This document shows, in pieces, positions 1-7,823 of a DNA stretch of 31,539 nucleotides. The stretch is taken from positions 1 through 31,539 of the IMG/VR virus record IMGVR_UViG_3300046010_010811; one strand, written 5' to 3'. Made by a program: the position numbers and the translations under genes. The stretch's first letter is position 1. Each line of letters opens with the position of its first letter. This DNA is from a virus (Duplodnaviria; Caudoviricetes). The notes beneath the pieces were generated by a model. That model saw only the letters and a program-made list of their open reading frames with translations, searched no databases and was not told the DNA's origin.

Positions 1-2
1 GG

Positions 3-1016
3 ATCGACGCGCTGGGAGTCAAGCTCCCGACCATTGATGAGACTCCGGCGGCCCCCGAGGCCGACCAGGAAGCAGTCGCGGATGAGACCCCTACTGACAA
101 CACCCCAGAAGATCAGCCCGAAGACGCCGATCCCGCCGAGTCCACCGAGGATTCGTCTGATCCGTCCGATTCGACTGAACAACCCGAAGACGCCACCGAG
201 GAAGACGCCGACGAGGCCGCCGAGGAAGACCCTGAGTCTGCCGAAGCCCCCGCCGTGAAGAAGCTCGCCAAGCGAGTGGACAAGCTTACCGCCCGCGCCA
301 AAAGCGCCGAGGAGCAAGCCACCACGCTGCAAGCCGAACTCGCCGCCGCCAAGGATGCGCTCACCCGCGCCCAGCCTATCGTGCTGCAAGATGCAGCCGA
401 CCCGCTGGCCGATGTGACCAGCGCCGAAGCCCTCGAAAGCCGCCTCGCCGCAGCCAATACCGTGCTCGACAATGTGCCCGATCTCATTGCGAAAGCCGAC
501 TACGAAGGCGGCGAAGTGGAAGTGCCTATGGGAGACGGCAGCACCCGCAAGTTCACGAAGCAAGAGCTTCAAGAACGACTGCGAGTCGCCCGCCAGATTC
601 TCAAAGCCGAGCCAGCCCGCCGGACCTACCTTGCCCAACGCGAGAGTTTCCAGCACGAAGCCCGGCAGGTTTACCCCGAGTTGTTCCAAGAAGAATCCCA
701 GGCCAGGCAGATGATGATGGCTACGCTCCAAGCGTATCCCGGCATCGCCAAGCTACCGAATCTGGAGCTGATCATCGGTGACGCCATTCGTGGACAAGCC
801 CTCCGCTTCCAGCAAGCCGAGGCCATCCAAAAGAAAGCCGCCACAGCCAAGGCCAAGCCTGCCGCACCGGCAGCCGCCAAGCCAGCCGTAGCCCCGAAAG
901 TTGTCAGTCCCTCAGCCGCCCCCAAGACCAAATCCCAAGCCGACCCGCTCGAAGCGTTGAAGAAGTCTGGAAACCGTGACGCCGCCGAAAATTTCGTCGC
1001 CTCACTTTTCAACTAA
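3..1016 (+). CDS. Capsid scaffolding protein (5'-truncated by the window edge)
   Basis: Frame of ORF 255..1016 is open back to position 3 (IDALGVKLPTIDETPAAPEADQE...). Very acidic N-part, coiled coil (KKLAKRVDKLTARAK), Ala/Pro/Lys-rich tail; directly upstream of the capsid gene. Confidence 0.7.
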   Translation: MDALGVKLPTIDETPAAPEADQEAVADETPTDNTPEDQPEDADPAESTEDSSDPSDSTEQPEDATEEDADEAAEEDPESAEAPAVKKLAKRVDKLTARAKSAEEQATTLQAELAAAKDALTRAQPIVLQDAADPLADVTSAEALESRLAAANTVLDNVPDLIAKADYEGGEVEVPMGDGSTRKFTKQELQERLRVARQILKAEPARRTYLAQRESFQHEARQVYPELFQEESQARQMMMATLQAYPGIAKLPNLELIIGDAIRGQALRFQQAEAIQKKAATAKAKPAAPAAAKPAVAPKVVSPSAAPKTKSQADPLEALKKSGNRDAAENFVASLFN

Positions 1017-1051
1017 CCAACCCCAAAACCTAATCCCCCCAAACTACTATT

Positions 1052-2062
1052 ATGGCAGCAACCCCCATCACTACAGTCAAAGGCCAACGCGAGGATCTTT
1101 CCGACGCAATGGTCCTAATCGAACCCGGCGACACCCCCCTGTTTTCAATGTGCAAGAAGGCAAAAGAGCCTCAAAATGTTCTTTTTCAGTGGCCCGCCGA
1201 CCGCTACAACGACCCGCAAACCGCAGGCGTTCTTGCTAATGACGATGTGTCTTCCTTCGACGACCAGCACGCCAACCGCGAACTCCTCTCAGGCCGAATT
1301 CAAAAGACACGCCGCAGCTTTCAAGTAGACGACCTCGTTGAGCAAGTCTCTGATTTGGCAGGTGTTGGCAAAAAGCAAGCCTTCAACAAGGCCGCTGCCA
1401 AGGCCCTCGTCGAATTGAAAATCGACATCGAAGCCATCATGGGCTCCGACAACGACAGCCAAGTGCAGTCCGGCTCGAACCCCTACAAAACTCGCGGCAT
1501 CGGCGAATGGATTAAAGCCACCGCACAGGCCGATACAGCCACCGCCGTTCCCGCCGCGTTCCGCACCCCAGCCGCTTCGATCAACACGACTGCCACTACT
1601 TCTCTCACCGAGAACAATGTCATCGATGTGCTTCAGAGCATCTACGGCGTGCGCCGCGCTCGTCGCAACTACGACCTCGTTTGCGGCGTCGCCCTCAAGC
1701 GTGCGTTTACAAACTTCATCCGCACTCAGACTGGCTCGACGAATGTCATGTCCAGCGTCCGCACCTTCAACAGCAATGTCGAAGACAAGAAGATCGTGAA
1801 CACCATCGACATCTACGAAGGCGACTTCGGCATCCTGTCACTCCATGTGTCCACCTACCTCGCCCATGGCGCGGCAGCAGCCGTCTCGGCCGCTCGCGGA
1901 TATGTGCTCGATATGGACCTCGTTTCCATCGGCTTCAATCGCAAGCCTCGCATGGAAGAGCTCGAAGACCGTGGCGGCGGACGCCGTGGCTTCTGCGACG
2001 CCATTTTCGGCGTTGCCGTGAGCAACCCGCAGGTTCTCGGAAAATTCGCAGCAACTGCGTAA
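1052..2062 (+). CDS. Major capsid protein (HK97 fold, DUF5309/SU10-like)
   Basis: 336 aa; N-terminal GQREDLSD...DTPLFSM...FQW pattern and C-terminal IDIYEGDFG typical of this capsid family; follows the scaffold gene and is followed by a hairpin. Confidence 0.85.
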   Translation: MAATPITTVKGQREDLSDAMVLIEPGDTPLFSMCKKAKEPQNVLFQWPADRYNDPQTAGVLANDDVSSFDDQHANRELLSGRIQKTRRSFQVDDLVEQVSDLAGVGKKQAFNKAAAKALVELKIDIEAIMGSDNDSQVQSGSNPYKTRGIGEWIKATAQADTATAVPAAFRTPAASINTTATTSLTENNVIDVLQSIYGVRRARRNYDLVCGVALKRAFTNFIRTQTGSTNVMSSVRTFNSNVEDKKIVNTIDIYEGDFGILSLHVSTYLAHGAAAAVSAARGYVLDMDLVSIGFNRKPRMEELEDRGGGRRGFCDAIFGVAVSNPQVLGKFAATA

Positions 2063-2079
2063 CACCCGCCCCCCAGCCC

Positions 2080-2135
2080 TTGCCGGTGGCCCCTCGTCTC
2101 AGGACAGGCCACCGGCAACCGGGGCTCCCCTTTTC
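2080..2135 (+). terminator. Hairpin/probable terminator after the capsid gene
   Basis: Perfect 12-bp inverted repeat TTGCCGGTGGCC (2080-2091) / GGCCACCGGCAA (2107-2118), followed by CCCCTTTTC. Confidence 0.6.
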
Positions 2136-2139
2136 AATA

Positions 2140-2487
2140 ATGGAAATACTCAAAGAAGCGTTAAGCGACATCCCCGGCGAAGTGGCCGAGGGCGTAAAGA
2201 ACGAGCTCCTCGCCCAGTGGAACTCCAAGGCTGTGCAAGCCGACGCCCGCCAGCACCTCATCGCCGCCGACCACGCCAAGCAAGACCTCCGCGCCATCGA
2301 GGGCGTAGGCGCTTTGACTCTCTCCATCGACCCTCAGATTTACCACTTCTGGAACTGGCAACTCCCCGGTTGCTGGAACGACCCAGACTTCATCCCATGG
2401 TTCAAGCGGAATTACCCCCAGTGCGTCGTGCGCTGCGGCGGCACAGGCAAGACCATGCTCCTCATGCCGGGCCTCAAAGCAGCATGA
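2140..2487 (+). CDS. Hypothetical phage protein (115 aa)
   Basis: ATG at 2140 within ORF 1681..2487 gives MEILKEALSDIP...WNDPDFIPWFKRNYPQC; phage-like codon usage; upstream part of the listed ORF overlaps the capsid gene. Confidence 0.7.
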   Translation: MEILKEALSDIPGEVAEGVKNELLAQWNSKAVQADARQHLIAADHAKQDLRAIEGVGALTLSIDPQIYHFWNWQLPGCWNDPDFIPWFKRNYPQCVVRCGGTGKTMLLMPGLKAA

Positions 2488-2600
2488 CAAATCTTTTTGC
2501 CAGTTCACGCATTGCGGCGGGGTGTGTTTCCCTGGTCATTTCATACGCGCTGGCCGTAACCGCATTAAAAGCGGCCTCTGGCAACTCTCTCCTCGCATGA
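2484..2600 (+). CDS. Putative 38-aa hydrophobic peptide
   Basis: MTNLFASSRIAAGCVSLVISYALAVTALKAASGNSLLA; ATGA overlap with the upstream stop and with the portal start. Confidence 0.35.
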   Translation: MTNLFASSRIAAGCVSLVISYALAVTALKAASGNSLLA

Positions 2601-4690
2601 AGTCCTACGACGACGAGCCAGACCGCGACACGAAGTATTGGGTAGGCCAGCTCACCGAAGCCGCCACCGATGGCAGTTGGTTTTCCGCCGTGCGGTCTCG
2701 CAACTACGACACCCGCATGTCGCTCTGGGACGGGCAGTCCTCGGATGGCAAGAAGTGGGCTGAAAATCTGGGCAAAAACCCATTTCCATGGAATGGATCG
2801 AGCGACAGCCGCATCCGCCTCGCCGATCTTGTTTGCAACCGCGAGACCCAGCTTTGCCTCACCTCGACCTTTGCCGCCCGCCTGCAAATGATGCCGGTAG
2901 AGTCCACCGACGCCATGTCCCGCACCGCCGCCGAGTCTGTGCTGAAGTGGATGCTCTTCACCCACTGCGCCAGCGACCTCCGGCGCGAACTCGAACTCGC
3001 CCTCAACATCCGCGCCACCTACGGCCTCGCCATCATGGGCGTGTTTTGGAAAACGACGACACGCATTGAGCAAAAGAGCGTCAGCCTCGAAGACCTCATC
3101 GTCATGGCCCAAGAGCAGGGCGACCCAAACTCCCCGCTCGCCATGCTCATTGGCGCAATCCTCGATCCACTCCAAGAGGAAGTGGCTATCGATCTGGCCG
3201 AGCAATTTGCCCCCGGCACTGGCACGGCCGCTAACATCCGCAAGCTCCGCGAAGGCGGCACGGTGGAATACACCGAGCCCTACATTTTCGAGAGCAAGCC
3301 CGAGTGGACGGCGTTGGAGCCTTTCAACGACATCATTTTCCCCACTGCCACCTACGACTTGCAACGAGCCCCATGGATCGCCCGCCGCGAGATGGTCACT
3401 TGCGAGGAGCTGGAGGAGCGCACGCTCACCGAGGGCTACCCCTACGAATTTTACGAGAAGGCCGAGAACTACAAAGGCGCAAGCCTCTGGCCCGTCTATT
3501 CGCAGCAGAACCACAACCGCCGCGATAGCATCCTCTGGCAAGACCACCGCGACCTGGTGGAAATCTGGCATGTTTACAGCAAGGAGACGGATGAGAAGAC
3601 CGGCGCGACCAAGGTCATGTGCCGCGTCATGCACCCGAATGTGGACATCTTCGCCAAGGAGGAAATTTCCCCCTACTCACACGGCGAGTATCCCTTCATC
3701 GAGTTGGCCCGCGAGCGTGTGAGCCGGTGCATCCTCGAAGCCCGAGGCATCCCCGAGATCGTTTCGACGATGCAGGCCGAAATCAAGACCCAGCGCGACT
3801 ACCGCACTGATCGCGCCGGGATCGCCATACTTCCCCCAATGCGCATACCGAGCAATAGGGGGAAACTTGACATCGTGCTCGGCCCCGCCGTGCAAATACC
3901 CGAACGCCGCCCGAATGAGTTTGGCTGGATGCAGCCGCCGCCGTTCGACCAAGGCACCATCGAGATCGAACGCGCCGTGCGCCGCGATGTAAATGAATAC
4001 TTCGGCATGGCAGGCGAGGGAGTCGATCCCAACTATGTCGCCCTCGTCACCCAGCATACGGTGGACCGCTGGCTCCGCGACTTCAAAGCCATCGTCACCC
4101 AGACCTACCAGCTCATGCAGCAATACATGCTGCCGGTGCAAATCCTCCGCGTCTCCGGCGGGCAGGCTCTCCCCTTCCAAGCCGACCGCGAAAGCATCCA
4201 AGGCAAGTTCGACCTCATCGTAGATTGGGACGCCAAGAACCTCGACGCCGAAGCCCTCGGCGTGAAGCTGAATTATATCTCCCAGGCCATCGTCCCAATG
4301 GATGTCGCCGGTGTCATCGACCGCGCCGGGCTCGTCAAATTCATCATGGCTGCGGTTGACCCAAACCTCGCCGACATCCTCGTCCGCGACCCCGGCCCCG
4401 CCGCCGCCATCGAGGCGAACGAGGAGCAACTGGCCTATACCAAGATTGCCGCAGGCACAGAGCCCGAGCTACCCGCCGAAGGCCAAAACCACCAACTCCG
4501 CGCCCAAGTCCTCCAAGGCATCATCCAAGCCAACCCCGCCGTGCAGCAGCGCTACCAGCAGGATGAAATTTTCCGCAACATGATCGACGCCCGCATGAAG
4601 GGCTTCAACTTCCAACTCCAGCAACAACAAAACGCCCAGATCGGCCGCCAAGGCACACTGCCAGCGTTGCAACAAGGAGGCCCGCAATGA
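2597..4690 (+). CDS. Portal (head-tail connector) protein
   Basis: 697 aa from ATG 2597; size, head-module position, YPFIEL...RGIPEIV..MQAEI segment and Gln-rich helical C-terminus fit P22/T7-type portals. Confidence 0.75.
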   Translation: MKSYDDEPDRDTKYWVGQLTEAATDGSWFSAVRSRNYDTRMSLWDGQSSDGKKWAENLGKNPFPWNGSSDSRIRLADLVCNRETQLCLTSTFAARLQMMPVESTDAMSRTAAESVLKWMLFTHCASDLRRELELALNIRATYGLAIMGVFWKTTTRIEQKSVSLEDLIVMAQEQGDPNSPLAMLIGAILDPLQEEVAIDLAEQFAPGTGTAANIRKLREGGTVEYTEPYIFESKPEWTALEPFNDIIFPTATYDLQRAPWIARREMVTCEELEERTLTEGYPYEFYEKAENYKGASLWPVYSQQNHNRRDSILWQDHRDLVEIWHVYSKETDEKTGATKVMCRVMHPNVDIFAKEEISPYSHGEYPFIELARERVSRCILEARGIPEIVSTMQAEIKTQRDYRTDRAGIAILPPMRIPSNRGKLDIVLGPAVQIPERRPNEFGWMQPPPFDQGTIEIERAVRRDVNEYFGMAGEGVDPNYVALVTQHTVDRWLRDFKAIVTQTYQLMQQYMLPVQILRVSGGQALPFQADRESIQGKFDLIVDWDAKNLDAEALGVKLNYISQAIVPMDVAGVIDRAGLVKFIMAAVDPNLADILVRDPGPAAAIEANEEQLAYTKIAAGTEPELPAEGQNHQLRAQVLQGIIQANPAVQQRYQQDEIFRNMIDARMKGFNFQLQQQQNAQIGRQGTLPALQQGGPQ

Positions 4691-5634
4691 AGGCCACTCC
4701 CTACCGCACCGTCCGCGATGGCGTGATCTCCCGCATGGGCATCGACCCCGCGCAGCCGCTCATGGCCTCGCAGGCTACGGCGCTGGCGGAGTATCTCACC
4801 ACCGCTGCCGCGACGGCTTGGACCTTCTTCGATTGGCCGGATGTCTATCTCACCGAGGCCCGCACGCCGGTGGGCGATGGCTATGCGCCGGGGCTTTATA
4901 CCTACGAGAGCGATTATGTCGGCACGACCTCCTACATCGGCCGCGCCTTGCAGGGATCGCAATTTGCGGACCCTGTGTGGCGCATCAAACGCGTCACCAC
5001 GACCGCAGCGGGCGATCTCCTGAATATCGACACCGCCGTGGATGTCGCGTGGAACGACCGCACAACGGCGACCTACATCGAGACCAGCACGAATGCGCCT
5101 GCGGAGGAGTTCATCCCCTACATCCCGCTTCTGGCTCCAGGGCAGAAGGCGATTGGGAATGTGCTGAAGGTTTATGACATCAAGCCCGACGAGGGCCGCC
5201 TCACGCTGTCGCTTGATTTCGTCGTCACCGAAGACCGCATCCTCATCACCGATACGGACTACATCTCCGGCCAAGTCTGGGTGGAGTTCTCGCTACCGCA
5301 GCCGAAGTTCACCGCCACCGCGTTCAACGCCTCCACCGCTTACGCAGCGGGCGATCTTGTTTACTACAACACCACCGGCGATTGCTACGAAGCCCTCGCC
5401 GACACCACCGGCAATCTCCCGACGAATGAGGAGTTCTGGCTGCGCCACCGCATCCCTGCCTTCCTCGCCGATTACCTCAAGTTCTACGCGCTCGCCGAAA
5501 CGCTCAGTGAGGACGGCCAGATGGACAAGGCCAACTACCAGTTCTCCCGCGCCGAAGGCATCCTGCAACAACGCATGGACGACGCCTGGCTGCGCAAAGG
5601 CGAGGTGCGCCGCTACTCCGCCAGCTTCCAATAA
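4687..5634 (+). CDS. Head-tail adaptor-like protein with inserted modules (including a CBM5/12-like motif)
   Basis: ATGA-coupled to portal; N-term helix ...AWTFFDWP and C-term IPAFLADYLKFYALAE..EDGQMDKA fit adaptor proteins; FNASTAYAAGDLVYY...YEAL...P....W resembles CBM5/12. Confidence 0.55.
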   Translation: MKATPYRTVRDGVISRMGIDPAQPLMASQATALAEYLTTAAATAWTFFDWPDVYLTEARTPVGDGYAPGLYTYESDYVGTTSYIGRALQGSQFADPVWRIKRVTTTAAGDLLNIDTAVDVAWNDRTTATYIETSTNAPAEEFIPYIPLLAPGQKAIGNVLKVYDIKPDEGRLTLSLDFVVTEDRILITDTDYISGQVWVEFSLPQPKFTATAFNASTAYAAGDLVYYNTTGDCYEALADTTGNLPTNEEFWLRHRIPAFLADYLKFYALAETLSEDGQMDKANYQFSRAEGILQQRMDDAWLRKGEVRRYSASFQ

Positions 5635-5641
5635 CCACCCC

Positions 5642-5666
5642 CTTGACACCCTCTCCCATAATAAAA
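5642..5666 (+). promoter_or_regulatory. CTTGACA-N8-CATAATAAAA motif (putative late promoter/operator, copy 1)
   Basis: TTGACA 5643-5648 and CATAAT 5657-5662; same architecture recurs at 12339-12363; both lie just upstream of a start codon. Confidence 0.4.
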
Positions 5667-5674
5667 ATAACGAC

Positions 5675-5968
5675 ATGAACCCCACCGTCCAAATCGCCGC
5701 ACGCAACACCGCTGGAATTGTCCAGCCCGTCCAAGCCACACCAGATGGGGCTCTGCGGGTGAGCACAGGTTTTCCTACTCCCGCTTACACGAAGTATGAA
5801 AATGTTCGTTTCGCCGCCCCCGCGACGAACAACACAAGCTATGTCGATTTCACTTTCAACGGCACCTCGGTAGCCCGAATCGTAAATACCTATTTCGGAG
5901 CCAATCCCCCCACGGCCGACAACGCGGAGATCCGCAGCGTCGAGATTAAATTCCCGCCCTACGCGTAA
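5675..5968 (+). CDS. Hypothetical virion-associated protein (97 aa)
   Basis: ATG 5675 after an A-rich leader (MNPTVQIAARN...KFPPYA); stop abuts the next ATG. Confidence 0.65.
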   Translation: MNPTVQIAARNTAGIVQPVQATPDGALRVSTGFPTPAYTKYENVRFAAPATNNTSYVDFTFNGTSVARIVNTYFGANPPTADNAEIRSVEIKFPPYA

Positions 5969-6235
5969 ATGTCGCAGGTTTTTTTCAATCCCTTTTCCGG
6001 CGCAGCGCAAAACATCGCTCTGCCCCAGCTCGACTCCTCGGGTCAAATCTCCGGCGCGATGATCCCCGACGACTTTGACGATGTGCAGCGCTTCGACTCC
6101 GTGGCCAGCTTCCCGAACCCCGGCACCGTCGCCCGCATTTACTTTCCCGCAGATACCAACATCCCGCACCGCTGGGATGTGGACACCCTTTCCTACAAGC
6201 CCATCTCGTCCGACACGGACGGCGGTGAGTTTTAG
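5969..6235 (+). CDS. Small fibre/decoration module protein
   Basis: LDSSGQI...DDV..F.S...FP..G....IY...DTN...RW pattern seen in phage fibre proteins; ends DGGEF. Confidence 0.55.
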   Translation: MSQVFFNPFSGAAQNIALPQLDSSGQISGAMIPDDFDDVQRFDSVASFPNPGTVARIYFPADTNIPHRWDVDTLSYKPISSDTDGGEF

Positions 6236-6276
6236 GCAACCCCCGCAGTAACAACCCCAAATACCCCCAAAACATC

Positions 6277-7050
6277 ATGGCTAATACCCTACGCATTAAA
6301 CGCAGACTCACAGGTGCCTCCGGCGCCCCTACCGGCCTCGCTCTCGGCGAGTTGGCCCATAGCTTCGTTGACGACAAACTCTGGATCGGCAATGGCTCGA
6401 CCTCAGTTGTCATCGGCGGCGAAGGCCACTTCGCTACCAACGCCGACCTCGCATCCGAAGTCTCGACGCTGAACTCCAGCATCAGCTCCGAAAACTCCCG
6501 CGCCGTCGCAGCGGAGCAAGCCCTCGGAACTCGCATTGATTCGGTCCTCTCGAACACCACACAAGGATCGCTTGATTCGTTGACGGAGGTTGTCACAGCC
6601 TTCCAGGCCGCAGACTCCAGCCTCAACGGAGCGATAACCACCCTCGCCAATAGCGCCTCCAGCGCTCTCAGCTCGGCCGTGGCGACACTCGAAGCAGCCG
6701 ACAGCGCCCTCGACGGACGCCTCGACACCGCAGAGAGCGACATCAACGCGCTTGAGAGCCGCGCCACGACCATCGAAGGCGACGCCTCCGCTCTGGCCGC
6801 ACGCGTCACCACAGCCGAAGGCGACATCGACGCCATCGAGTCAGCAGCCACAGCCCTCGCAGGCCGTGTGTCAACTGCCGAAGGTGACATCAACTCCATC
6901 GAATCCGCAGCGACAGCCCTCACAGGCCGAGTCTCCACTTTGGAGACCACCGCAGCAGGACTCGGCACGATGTCCACGCAGAATGCCAACAATGTCGCCA
7001 TCACCGGCGGCAGCATCGACGGCATCAGCTTCGACGGCGGCAGCTTCTAA
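6277..7050 (+). CDS. Coiled-coil fibre protein with Mtd_N/hyaluronidase-N-like N-terminus
   Basis: MANTLRIKRR...LALGELA...KLWIGNG N-terminus; LDSLTEV motif; 21-aa heptad repeats; LGTMSTQNANNVAITGGSI; ends DGGSF. Confidence 0.7.
   Translation: MANTLRIKRRLTGASGAPTGLALGELAHSFVDDKLWIGNGSTSVVIGGEGHFATNADLASEVSTLNSSISSENSRAVAAEQALGTRIDSVLSNTTQGSLDSLTEVVTAFQAADSSLNGAITTLANSASSALSSAVATLEAADSALDGRLDTAESDINALESRATTIEGDASALAARVTTAEGDIDAIESAATALAGRVSTAEGDINSIESAATALTGRVSTLETTAAGLGTMSTQNANNVAITGGSIDGISFDGGSF
6781..6945 (+). repeat. 63-bp (21-aa) coding tandem repeat, about 2.5 copies
   Basis: DASALAARVTTAEGDIDAIES / AATALAGRVSTAEGDINSIES / AATALTGRVSTLE. Confidence 0.8.
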
Positions 7051-7068
7051 GCTCCCCTCCCTCCCCAC

Positions 7069-7100
7069 AGCGGTGGCGCGGTTCATCCCGCGCCATCGCT
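7069..7100 (+). terminator. GC-rich intergenic hairpin
   Basis: AGCGGTGGCGCGG-TTCATC-CCGCGCCATCGCT, 13-bp stem with one G-U pair; no clear U tract. Confidence 0.5.
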
Positions 7101-7114
7101 CCACGGGGCCCCTG

Positions 7115-7145
7115 CTTAAAACTTAATCCTTAAAACTTAAAACTT
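7115..7145. repeat. Heptamer tandem repeat (CTTAAAA)n
   Basis: CTTAAAA CTTAATC CTTAAAA CTTAAAA CTT directly upstream of ATG 7151. Confidence 0.8.
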
Positions 7146-7150
7146 CCCAA

Positions 7151-7519
7151 ATGGCCACGGTCATAAAACTCCTGCGAAGCACGGTCCCAGGCCGAGTCCC
7201 CACCGCCGCGCAAGTGGCGCAGGGTCAACTCGCCCTCAACCTCCCCGACCGCCGCCTCTACAGCAAAGACCACAACAACGAAGTTTTCCGCCTCGCCCGC
7301 CCCCGCGACCCCAGCGACTACCAGCTCCTCCACGCCGTGGACGGCGACAATCTCTACCTCGGACGCCTCGCCTGGGCAGACTACCCCGCCTCCGGACCCG
7401 CCGAGGACTCCGCAGAGTGGACCATCTACAAAATTTCCACCGACGCCGCAGGCGATGTCGTCTCGGAGCAATCGGCCACCGGCGCGTGGTCGAACAAAAC
7501 CAATCTCCAATTTTCTTAA
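7151..7519 (+). CDS. Small fibre-associated protein (Mtd_N-like N-terminus plus YxGR...W.I.K module)
   Basis: MATVIKLLRSTVPGRVPT...GQLALNLPDRRLY; C-half resembles the insert in 4687..5634. Confidence 0.6.
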   Translation: MATVIKLLRSTVPGRVPTAAQVAQGQLALNLPDRRLYSKDHNNEVFRLARPRDPSDYQLLHAVDGDNLYLGRLAWADYPASGPAEDSAEWTIYKISTDAAGDVVSEQSATGAWSNKTNLQFS

Positions 7520-7538
7520 ACCCAAAAATCCAAACACC

Positions 7539-7820
7539 ATGAACGCTACCAACCCAATTGAAATCAACGGAAAATCCTACGACAAATTCAGCCTCAACCT
7601 CGCCATCACGGGCAAATACAACGGCGACGGAAGCACTGACGCCAATGTCGCCATGCGCCTCGTCCCGACACGCATTGAAGCTGGCATAGTCGAGACCGCA
7701 GACGAAGCCGCCATCGGCATTGCGCTCGGATCACTCGCAGGCAGCGACGAAGCCACAACGCAAGCCGTCGGCGCGATCCAAGCCGCTCTGCAAGCCTACA
7801 TCAACGCAAAAGGACTCTAA
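7539..7820 (+). CDS. Hypothetical protein (93 aa), possible fibre assembly factor
   Basis: ATG 7539 after an A/C-rich leader; lies directly before the long fibre gene. Confidence 0.6.
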   Translation: MNATNPIEINGKSYDKFSLNLAITGKYNGDGSTDANVAMRLVPTRIEAGIVETADEAAIGIALGSLAGSDEATTQAVGAIQAALQAYINAKGL

Positions 7821-7823
7821 GCC

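Noticed and set aside
5643-5670. Canonical sigma70 promoter
   Set aside because: TTGACA to CATAAT spacing is 8 bp and no good -10 lies at 16-18 bp; kept only as a non-canonical motif.
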